From the NCBI GenBank assembly GCA_000993025.1, contig LBVJ01000023.1, positions 1 through 48,447 on the forward strand: a stretch of DNA of 48,447 nucleotides, read 5' to 3'. A program made the translations under genes and the position numbers. A model generated the notes under the pieces. The model searched no databases and was not told the DNA's origin. It saw only the letters and a program-made list of their open reading frames with translations. Source of the DNA: Candidatus Woesebacteria bacterium GW2011_GWA1_38_8 (GTDB taxonomy: Bacteria > Patescibacteriota > Microgenomatia > UBA8517). Positions within the stretch are counted from its first letter, which is position 1, and each line of letters opens with the position of its first letter. Shown here piece after piece: positions 1 through 6,713 of the stretch.

Positions 1-443
1 TTTTCAGATATCAGAAATGCAACCCAACTTGCTAAAGTAATTCTAGGAACTAACCCAAATATTTGTTGCCACGAGCTTTGGAGAGTCCAAAAAGGAGCTG
101 CGGGAAAAATAGTACCTAGCCAAATAAAAAATACCATTGCTATCTGAGTAACAAAAGCAATAGCGACCATTTTATGCGTTTCTTTTCTGCCAAACTTTTC
201 GTTAACAATGTCCGTCAAAAGGTAGGTAATGGAAAAAACAAGTACACCGCTTGGTCCGTAAAACTCTTTGAAACCGAGATTAAATGCCGAAACTTTTGCG
301 GCCAGAATCTGAGCCACCAAAATAAAGGTTACGTACAAAGCAATAAGCAAATCCGGTTTCTTATACCTTTTTGCATACCAACTTCCTATAAGCGTAAAGC
401 TGGTTATGCCCATAATCCAAATTATTAGTAATAATAAATTCAT
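1..443 (-). CDS. yhhQ: Queuosine-precursor (preQ0/preQ1) transporter, YhhQ/DUF165 family; 3' end runs off the left edge
   Basis: Not in the ORF track because no stop lies in the window. Manual reverse translation from ATG (443-441) gives MNLLLLIIWIMGITSFTLIGSWYAKRYKK...GPSGVLVFSITYLLTDIVNEKFGRKETHKMVAIAF... It is multi-TM and matches the YhhQ block (E. coli FPFIFLATDLTVRIFG). The + ORF 174..428 is its antisense shadow. Confidence 0.65.
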   Translation of the reverse strand, partial: MNLLLLIIWIMGITSFTLIGSWYAKRYKKPDLLIALYVTFILVAQILAAKVSAFNLGFKEFYGPSGVLVFSITYLLTDIVNEKFGRKETHKMVAIAFVTQIAMVFFIWLGTIFPAAPFWTLQSSWQQIFGLVPRITLASWVAFLISE

Positions 444-446
444 AAT

Positions 447-779
447 TTAATTGCTTTCTATCCACACCTGAACGGGACGGTGTGCTTTGGAATGCTTAAC
501 GTCAATGGTTACCTTCAGGTATTTGGGGATAATCGACCTTTTGACTGTTAAGTAAATATTGTTGGCCAATTTTTCTGCGGTTGTTTTACCGGAAGCAATT
601 TCGTTAACAACCCTTTCCATATCCACATACTCAACAGCTTTGTTTTTGGGGATATATTCGACAACTACTTCTCCGGAGAATTCTTTGTCGGTAACACTAC
701 ATACGGCTTTGAAGGGAATAAAAATCCTGGTACCACTTACCTTAAAGTCAATCGATATTATATCTACTTTGTTTTTCAT
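447..779 (-). CDS. Small T-fold protein, QueF-like (7-cyano-7-deazaguanine reductase family-like); FolB-like T-fold not excluded
   Basis: 110 aa. The segment AVCSVTDKEFSGEVVVEYIPKNKAVEYVD parallels the QueF segment LCPvTgqPDfatixIxYIPdxxxVE. The canonical QueF E(S/L)K(S/A)hK motif is absent. Sits 3 nt upstream of yhhQ on the same strand. Confidence 0.4.
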   Translation of the reverse strand: MKNKVDIISIDFKVSGTRIFIPFKAVCSVTDKEFSGEVVVEYIPKNKAVEYVDMERVVNEIASGKTTAEKLANNIYLTVKRSIIPKYLKVTIDVKHSKAHRPVQVWIESN

Positions 780-878
780 GGTAGGTTTTTCTTTTTTGCG
801 GCCTACACTCTTTGGAGAGTGCAGCGAGCCCTACTACCGCTATAACAAATGTATTTTATTCCAAGTAGTGTCGGTTTG

Positions 879-1229
879 TCAAAAATCAACAGATTTGATC
901 TCGATAGATTCAATATCTTCTTCTGAAAAAGCTGAATTAACAGAAGTTTTAAACTCTTCTATTCCACGATAGCTGCAGGTTACTAAGTCAATATGAACCG
1001 TGGTTAATTCAGGCCAAGTGTGAATGACAAGGTGTGACTCCGAAAGAATATAAGCTAAAGTAACACCCTTAGGGGAAAAAAGATGTGAGGTTTTTTTAAC
1101 CACTTTTAAATCCAAGTAGTTTATTATTTCCTGAGTGACATCTTCAATAAAGACGAGTGATTCATCAAAGGACTTTAACTTAATTAAAGCCACATAATGA
1201 TTAATTGTTGGTGTAGATTGGTTTGTCAT
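879..1229 (-). CDS. speH: S-adenosylmethionine decarboxylase proenzyme (pyruvoyl-dependent, small SpeH type)
   Basis: 116 aa carrying the self-cleavage/active-site block LSESHLVIHTWPE (family consensus ESHxxxHTWPE). Overlaps the end of the upstream aminopropyltransferase gene by 29 nt. Confidence 0.85.
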   Translation of the reverse strand: MTNQSTPTINHYVALIKLKSFDESLVFIEDVTQEIINYLDLKVVKKTSHLFSPKGVTLAYILSESHLVIHTWPELTTVHIDLVTCSYRGIEEFKTSVNSAFSEEDIESIEIKSVDF

Positions 1230-2030
1230 AATTGCCTGTGATTAAAGGTTTGGTTTTGGAAGTAGTATCAAGAACGAAAAGTGAACTGGAGCTACCGATT
1301 GATTCGGCTCCATGATATCTATTAAATTTATCGAATACCCACCTTATCATCAATCCAGAAGAAGTAAACACCTCGTGGATTGGTAAGACTGCTCTGGAAA
1401 CAAATAGTTCTATACCTTCAGGTGTGTATGGGGGATCAGTAAATACAACATCATACTTTTGATTATAAGTTGTAGGTAATGCTTTTCTGGCGTCATAATT
1501 CTCAAGGTTGATTTCCAGACCCTCATTTATTATCATATTTCCGATAGTATCTAATATCCTATTATCTATATCTAAAACAGTTACACCGGAAGCTTTTCTG
1601 ATATTGGCTACCGCGATAGATGTGAAATCATCGTCCCCTAAAAATAATAATCTTTTTCCGGCAATATCTCCAAAACAATCCAACAAACCGGCACGTCTGG
1701 CTGTAGTCTCAATCGTAGCCGTAAACTGGTCGTATTTCCTATCAGGTAAAGGTCTTTTATTATCATATCTTTTAAGAAGTTTTATTATCTGATTGTAATT
1801 TATACTCTCAAGAGTAGACCATAAAGTTTCTTCCGGTTTATATTCCGGACCGAATAGATCCTCGACATCTTCAATTGCCTTATCTTTTAATATTTTTGAA
1901 CCAGTTGATTATTTTCAATTGGAACACCCTCACACAGAAAATACAGAAGATCCCAGACTTTTTTTGTTGGAATTCCTGTATCTTTGGAAATTTGTATAAT
2001 CCTTTCTTGCATGGTCTCTTTAACTAACAT
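1201..2030 (-). pseudogene. BpsA-like (DUF43) branched-chain polyamine aminopropyltransferase, interrupted by one frameshift near 1887-1905
   Basis: ORF 1201..1686 carries LFLGDDDFTSIAV and VFTDPPYTPEG, the DUF43/BpsA hallmarks. The same frame stays open about 67 codons further upstream (KILKDKAIEDVEDLFGPEYKPEE...DQFTATIETTARRAGLL) with no ATG/GTG/TTG. A 47-codon ATG-started ORF (2030->1887, MLVKETMQERIIQISKDTGIPTKKVWDLLYFLCEGVPIENNQLVQKY, winged-helix-like) ends in another frame inside an A/T run. Confidence 0.55.
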
Positions 2031-2150
2031 ACTTGTATTTTAACTCATTTCTGAATATTTAATGAATTAAGACTAACCATCCTGTTTCTTAATTAAAAAT
2101 ATCACATCACTTTTATTGTTTTCTCCGTTAAATTTCCTTCTTTATCGTGG

Positions 2151-2540
2151 TCAAAAAAGCCAAAAATAAAGGCTTTCGGATTTTCTGAAATGATCTTTAT
2201 ATATTCTTTTAAGTCTGAAACCATTGGAAGGTTTCTTAATGTTCACAATAAAATAAATATTTACCCATTCGGAATCGGATGGCGGGTAGGGATGCTGGGT
2301 TACGGAATAGGGTCTTATCGTTTCAAATTCGGTTAATCCAGTTTCCTCTTCAATTTCCCGCAGTAAGGCGGCATAAAAACTCTCGTGTGGTTCTACTTTT
2401 CCTCCAACGCCCGAATATACTCCCGGATCGACCTTTTTGTTACCCGCTCTTTTAAGAAGCAGTACTTTTTCATTGCACCAGATCAATGCATTAACTGAAA
2501 GAATTGTTTTGTAACTAGTGTATTTGTCAAAGCTGTTCAT
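2151..2540 (-). CDS. NUDIX hydrolase; C-terminal part probably continues in the +1 frame to 2102
   Basis: Nudix box GVGGKVEPHESFYAALLREIEEETGL. The tail after VNIKK reads as junk (PSNGFRLKRIYKDHFRKSESLYFWLF). The +1 frame gives a plausible tail, NLPMVSDLKEYIKIISENPKAFIFGFFDHDKEGNLTEKTIKVM, with stop at 2104-2102. Confidence 0.75.
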   Translation of the reverse strand: MNSFDKYTSYKTILSVNALIWCNEKVLLLKRAGNKKVDPGVYSGVGGKVEPHESFYAALLREIEEETGLTEFETIRPYSVTQHPYPPSDSEWVNIYFIVNIKKPSNGFRLKRIYKDHFRKSESLYFWLF

Positions 2541-2541
2541 A

Positions 2542-3027
2542 TTAATCTATTTCTCCAATATATTCACCGGCATTTGGAAATCCTTTATTAAAATCTTCCA
2601 AAAGTTTCTTATTTAAGGTTTTAGGAAATAAATTGTTAGGAAGGTTTTCGATATCCAACCATGTTAACCATACGTGACCATCTTCATGTTGCGGGTCAAG
2701 GTGGTGTTCCAATTCTTCAAATTTATTTATATCTCCGAGAATAAACAGTTCAACATTTTGATTGTTTTCTTTTTTATCAAAAAAGTCTCTGATGTAAAGA
2801 ACTTTTTTAATGGTAAATTCTGTCCCTTTTCCGCACTCTTCAATAATTTCTCTTTTACATCCCTCCAATATTGTTTCACCATATTCCAAATGTCCACCGA
2901 CATAATAATAAAAGTCACCATTTTTTGTATAAGTGGTCAATAACTTATTATTTTTAATAATAATCATTCTTAAACGGATATTTATTTTGTGCGTGTTCAT
3001 GGTTGAATTATACAATAAAGACGACAA
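2542..3027 (-). CDS. NUDIX hydrolase
   Basis: Nudix box VGGHLEYGETILEGCKREIIEECG. Start uncertain: internal Met codons at 3000 and 2967 are alternatives. Confidence 0.75.
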   Translation of the reverse strand: MSSLLYNSTMNTHKINIRLRMIIIKNNKLLTTYTKNGDFYYYVGGHLEYGETILEGCKREIIEECGKGTEFTIKKVLYIRDFFDKKENNQNVELFILGDINKFEELEHHLDPQHEDGHVWLTWLDIENLPNNLFPKTLNKKLLEDFNKGFPNAGEYIGEID

Positions 3028-3140
3028 ATGGTTTTACACAGTTTAATAGGTAGGTCGCATACCGTTCCTTGTGCGGCGTATCCAACAGGGTGAGTAATAT
3101 AGTTTTTGGAAGTATATTCTAGCTGGCTGCCGTGTACAGT

Positions 3141-3157
3141 GTTCGAACCTATTTTAT
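3141..3157. repeat. 17-nt direct repeat GTTCGAACCTATTTTAT, copy 1 (contains the 8-nt palindrome GTTCGAAC)
   Basis: Identical 17-mer at 3717-3733, with about 10 further nt of imperfect similarity on the 5' side. The two copies flank the glycosylase gene 3175..3690. Confidence 0.8.
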
Positions 3158-3174
3158 CACTTTAACGGAAATTG

Positions 3175-3690
3175 CTATTGTTCAAAATTGGGAAGTAACT
3201 CCTTATATTTCCTGATTTTTTCTTTCTTACTCATTACTGCAAATCTTGGAGAAGGAGATGGAAGATAGATTAGTTTTACATTAGGGAACTCTTCAATAAA
3301 ATCTTTAAATAATTTTCTAAACATGGATTCAACAAATCTGCTGGAAAAATATATCTTTTTTATGTTGTTTCCTCGGATAATTTTATCAACTCCCTTTATA
3401 TTAAAAACAATATTTGTTAAATTATTGTCTAGGCTACTATTAATATTTTTTCTCTCACAGGAATAAATAATGTCAGTTAAGGCCATATTAAGGTCTCTAA
3501 AAAGTTTTTGTTGTTTCTCTTTGGTGGAAAGCTCTAAGCCATATACTTTTTCCATTATTGACCAAAAATGATTTCTCCCGTTTGAGTAAAACCAGAGATA
3601 ATTATTACTAGGTTTAGAAGTGAAACTGCCTAATAGCAAATAATGTGTGGTTGTTGGAATAAAATCTCCAAATGGATGTATTTCAATCAT
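3175..3690 (-). CDS. Uracil-DNA glycosylase superfamily protein, family-6-like (hypoxanthine/deoxyinosine DNA glycosylase-like)
   Basis: 171 aa. Carries LLLGSFTSKPS...WFYSNGRNHFW...ALTDIIYSCER...LPSPSPR, matching the UDG-superfamily layout (G-S-F-P-S type motif 1, N-x-FW, C-terminal LPStSp). Confidence 0.55.
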   Translation of the reverse strand: MIEIHPFGDFIPTTTHYLLLGSFTSKPSNNYLWFYSNGRNHFWSIMEKVYGLELSTKEKQQKLFRDLNMALTDIIYSCERKNINSSLDNNLTNIVFNIKGVDKIIRGNNIKKIYFSSRFVESMFRKLFKDFIEEFPNVKLIYLPSPSPRFAVMSKKEKIRKYKELLPNFEQ

Positions 3691-3716
3691 GGTTTTTGTT
3701 GCGAACTGTGGACGCT

Positions 3717-3733
3717 GTTCGAACCTATTTTAT
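3717..3733. repeat. 17-nt direct repeat GTTCGAACCTATTTTAT, copy 2
   Basis: Exact match to 3141-3157. Confidence 0.8.
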
Positions 3734-3760
3734 TAAAAAATATAACGAGATAAATCAATG

Positions 3761-4069
3761 TTATTTGGAATAATAAAAAAATGTTACAACAAAAGCCACA
3801 ATCCAAATCAGAACAATTATTAACCTCAGATTAGTTTTTAATTTTAATAATCGTTCCGTCAAATTAGTGACAACATAAAAAAATCCTATAAGAAAAAGAT
3901 TACCAATTATCATAAGTGTAAAAAAACGACCCCAGATAACATTTTGATTAAATAGCCAGTCCCTTATAGATAGAATCTGAGAGAAAGTGAAAATCCAGAA
4001 CTCCAAAAAAACACCAGTAATAACAAAAATGAAGTACTGTATTATTTTTATGACTTTATTGTACGACAT
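3761..4069 (-). CDS. Small hypothetical membrane protein (3 predicted TM helices)
   Basis: 102-aa ORF, very hydrophobic, with no recognisable motif. Confidence 0.4.
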   Translation of the reverse strand: MSYNKVIKIIQYFIFVITGVFLEFWIFTFSQILSIRDWLFNQNVIWGRFFTLMIIGNLFLIGFFYVVTNLTERLLKLKTNLRLIIVLIWIVAFVVTFFYYSK

Positions 4070-4088
4070 GGTTTTATTTTACATATTA

Positions 4089-4138
4089 GCTGGGGGACAG
4101 GGTATACTTCGCTCAAGGGCTTCGTAATACCTTTGGAA
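4089..4138. repeat. 50-nt direct repeat, copy A (tRNA-Gln 3' end plus the last codons of the GIY-YIG gene)
   Basis: gctgggggacagggtatacttcgctcaagggcttcgtaatacctttggaa matches 5051-5100 at 49/50 (mismatch 4118 g vs 5080 a). Confidence 0.9.
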
Positions 4139-4202
4139 TTCGATCCCCGATATTCAGATCCAGATTCCGTTGTCTTACCCGCCTAGACTCGACACTCGTC
4201 CA
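4090..4202 (-). pseudogene. Degenerate tRNA-Gln(CUG)-like sequence with a 35-nt insert between T-loop and 3' T-stem
   Basis: Reverse complement reads TGGACGA-GT-(GTCGA)GTCT-AGGCGGGTA-AGAC-A-ACGGA-ATCTGGA-TCTGA-ATAT-CGGGG-ATCGAAT-[35 nt, 4137->4103]-CCCTG-TCCCCCA-G. Two acceptor-stem mismatches and extra nt before the D-arm. A further 5'-half-like fragment lies at 4208-4226. Confidence 0.4.
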
Positions 4203-4287
4203 GTCCAGGCTGGCCATTGACGATCCTAATTAGCAAAGCTGAGCATCTCGGTATAGAACCTTTATATCCTATATTACCACAACTTTA

Positions 4288-5028
4288 ATGATACAATCGC
4301 TTAACTGTTATATGACATACGTTGAAAGACTAACGCTGGCTCGCCGTCCTGAGTACACTTTAAAAAACATGGGGAGGGTTATTACAGTTTTGCAGGATTT
4401 CGGTATCGAAGTGTCTCTTCAGGAACAACATGACTTTGACCAACTTTTCTGTGGCATCGATTTTGCCGATCAACTTACTGACAACCCGCAGATTTTGCCA
4501 GAAGTTCCTAATCATATTCTCTCATTTCTGACCGGAAAACAAGACTTGTTACCCTCGGATATTCCCGAAAATGCTGTCAGGAACTTTTCTTTCTTGAAGA
4601 ATATAATTTCCGAAAGAGGTATAGGCCCGCACTTAGAGGAAATTGTCGACAAGCTATTGTCGTTACGTGATCAACTGTTTGCCACCGACACAATTTCTAA
4701 CTACATTAAATTAACCAGAGAAGAAGCCGAAACAAGTGCGGAATTAGCATTTTTATTTTTACCAGAAGAAATACCTGCCAATGTGAAGAAATTCTTAATC
4801 CAGGCTAATATACTAGGCAATCTAACTGATAACTTGTTAGATTTAGAATCTGACTTTGCACAAGGTCAGATTTCTCTTAAACCTTCGCAAGGTCTAAAGA
4901 ATTCTTTAAAAATCGAAATGGCCAAACAAGTAGCTGTTTTGGGTTTACACTACCCCAAAAAGAAGAGACTCGTAGGATTAGCAAAAAAATATATTTGCTA
5001 TATGGTTTCCACTCCTTCTCAAAAATGA
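4288..5028 (+). CDS. Squalene/phytoene synthase-like (class 1 isoprenoid synthase fold) protein, divergent and short
   Basis: 246 aa. LGNLTDNLLDLESDFAQGQISL aligns position by position with the second Asp-rich region of the squalene/phytoene synthase family (LQLTNILRDVGEDxxxGRIYL). An upstream acidic block FCGIDFADQLTD is a possible first motif. Confidence 0.45.
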   Translation: MIQSLNCYMTYVERLTLARRPEYTLKNMGRVITVLQDFGIEVSLQEQHDFDQLFCGIDFADQLTDNPQILPEVPNHILSFLTGKQDLLPSDIPENAVRNFSFLKNIISERGIGPHLEEIVDKLLSLRDQLFATDTISNYIKLTREEAETSAELAFLFLPEEIPANVKKFLIQANILGNLTDNLLDLESDFAQGQISLKPSQGLKNSLKIEMAKQVAVLGLHYPKKKRLVGLAKKYICYMVSTPSQK

Positions 5029-5050
5029 AGGCTCTTAGTGGAATTCGAGT

Positions 5051-5100
5051 GCTGGGGGACAGGGTATACTTCGCTCAAGAGCTTCGTAATACCTTTGGAA
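5051..5100. repeat. 50-nt direct repeat, copy B
   Basis: See 4089-4138. 5051-5064 is the tRNA-Gln 3' end; 5075-5100 is the 3' end of the GIY-YIG CDS. Confidence 0.9.
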
Positions 5101-5374
5101 CCCTACCTCTATCAAAATCTTTCGCTAAGGCTACTGGTACAAGTCTTTTATATGCAAATGCTTTACCGGAACCAGTTTTTAAGTATAGCTCAAAATCTTT
5201 TGCTTCTTTTTTCGTAGTGAACCCTGCATACCAAACAAGTTTCCATGGAATGTGTGGTTTTGTTGACTTTACTTTTCCTTGGTTATGTAGACTCAATCTG
5301 ATTTTCAGGTTTTTTGATGAACCAAAGTAGAAAATATGTGATTTTGAGCTAAGTAAGATGTAACTGTAATACAT
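5075..5374 (-). CDS. Small GIY-YIG nuclease family protein (stand-alone URI domain, YhbQ/UPF0213-like)
   Basis: 99 aa. YSYILLSSKSHIFYFGSSKNLKIRLSLHNQGK...WKLVWYAGFTTKKEAKDFELYLKTGSG gives the GIY...YxG...R...H/N...E pattern of GIY-YIG domains. Confidence 0.8.
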   Translation of the reverse strand: MYYSYILLSSKSHIFYFGSSKNLKIRLSLHNQGKVKSTKPHIPWKLVWYAGFTTKKEAKDFELYLKTGSGKAFAYKRLVPVALAKDFDRGRVPKVLRSS

Positions 5375-5409
5375 AAAGCATGCAATTCCGTAGCCTTGGC
5401 GAAGGATTG

Positions 5410-5480
5410 CTGGGGGACAGGGATTTGAACCCCGATTAACAGATCCAGATTCTGTCGTCCTGCCGTTAGACGATCCCCCA
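5410..5480 (-). tRNA. tRNA-Gln (anticodon CUG)
   Basis: Hand-folded: TGGGGGA-TC-GTCT-AACGGCA-GGAC-G-ACAGA-ATCTGGA-TCTGT-TAAT-CGGGG-TTCAAAT-CCCTG-TCCCCCA-G. All four stems pair and U33 precedes CTG. CCA is not encoded. Confidence 0.85.
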
Positions 5481-5688
5481 ATATCAGATTAATTGTAAAA
5501 TCATTCAATTCTACCAATTTCTTTTTCCTGCTTTGCAGGAATGTTGTCCTACCATGTCGTCGTTTCACTCCTCTTACTTCGTACAGACGATCCAGCAATA
5601 TAAATCAGTAAACAACAAACAAGAAACAATAAGCAGTAAACAAGACTGAGGGAATTATACCAAAAAACAGGGTTATAATACGAATAGA

Positions 5689-6408
5689 ATGTTTCTGCTT
5701 ATAGACAAGCCAAAAGGAATAACATCGCACGATGTTATTGATAGGATCAGAAAAATTACAGACATAAGACGCACCGGTCACGCCGGAACACTTGACCCGA
5801 ATGCTACAGGTCTTTTAATTGTTGGTGTCGGAAGGGAGTCAACAAAAGAACTTTGGACAAAGTTTGGGAAAATGGATAAAACTTATGTAGCGGAAATTAC
5901 ATTGGGAGAGGAGAGGGAAACCGACGATTCAGTCGGTAAAATCCGAAATTCGAATATCGAAATTCGAAATGGTTCGGCAAAACTCACTATCCTGAGCTCG
6001 TCGATGGACAAATCCCAATTTTCCAAATCTCAAATGTTAAAAACTTTAAATCTGTTTTTAGGTGAGCAGATGCAGACACCACCGGTTTATTCAGCTATTA
6101 AATCCGGAGGAAAAAAGGCATATGAAGAAGCGAGAAAAGGAAAAGTCTTAAAGGTCGAACCAAGAAAAGTTATCATTTATTCAATAAAGCTGCTTGAATA
6201 TGAATATCCTCTTTTGAAAATTGAATCCAAGGTTTCAAGCGGAACATATATCAGAGCGCTCGCACGCGACATCGGAAGAAAACTTGGATGCGGAGCTTAC
6301 CTTTCCAATTTACGAAGAATTAAAATTGGGGAATATAAAGTTGAGAATAGTGTGAAGTTGGATGAGTTGACCGAGGATAATTTAGATAGGAAATTTAATG
6401 TTCTATGA
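5689..6408 (+). CDS. truB: tRNA pseudouridine(55) synthase
   Basis: LLIDKPKGITSHDVIDRIRKI...GHAGTLDPNATGLLIVGVG (catalytic Asp motif) and QTPPVYSAIK. Contains a roughly 17-aa insertion relative to the canonical spacing. Confidence 0.9.
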   Translation: MFLLIDKPKGITSHDVIDRIRKITDIRRTGHAGTLDPNATGLLIVGVGRESTKELWTKFGKMDKTYVAEITLGEERETDDSVGKIRNSNIEIRNGSAKLTILSSSMDKSQFSKSQMLKTLNLFLGEQMQTPPVYSAIKSGGKKAYEEARKGKVLKVEPRKVIIYSIKLLEYEYPLLKIESKVSSGTYIRALARDIGRKLGCGAYLSNLRRIKIGEYKVENSVKLDELTEDNLDRKFNVL

Positions 6409-6713
6409 TGTTTTTTTCATTCTTTGCTTGCCCAAACCCGATTTCCAATTTCTTGCTTGTCCAAGAAATTGGAGAAAGAAGGACACTCATATGAATTTTT
6501 TAATCTTTCCCCGTCTTGTTCGTACTTTGCCTCTCAAACTCAGCTCGTCAGGCTCGCTTCGGACTATTCGGACTTTTTAAATGTACTCACTCGACTTGCT
6601 CAAGAGTAAAAAATTCGATGAGATAGAAATAAGAATAAAAAACAGCCTTTATTGGAACTTGGTTATTGTTTGTAATTTGTTATTTGTATATTGTTATTTG
6701 ATATTATAAAAGT

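Noticed and set aside
174-428. 84-aa + strand ORF
   Set aside because: It lies entirely antisense to the clearly recognisable yhhQ-like gene (1..443, minus), and its sequence is junk-like.
3028-3160. Possible tRNA or small RNA suggested by a GTTCGAA (T-loop-like) sequence
   Set aside because: No cloverleaf can be built around it. The motif is part of the 17-nt direct repeat and is an 8-nt palindrome, not a T-arm.
4995-5598. ORFs 4995..5330 (+) and 5305..5598 (-)
   Set aside because: The first is antisense to the GIY-YIG gene and spans the repeat. The second runs through the tRNA-Gln gene. Neither has a recognisable motif.
6445-6472. Perfect 10-bp hairpin (ccaatttctt-N8-aagaaattgg) downstream of truB as an intrinsic terminator
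   Set aside because: There is no U-tract on either strand and the stem is AT-rich. It is noted as a structure but not called as a terminator.
6398-6609. Two overlapping 60-aa ORFs in the truB-uppP spacer
   Set aside because: They have low-complexity, junk-like sequences and overlap each other in different frames. The region looks non-coding.
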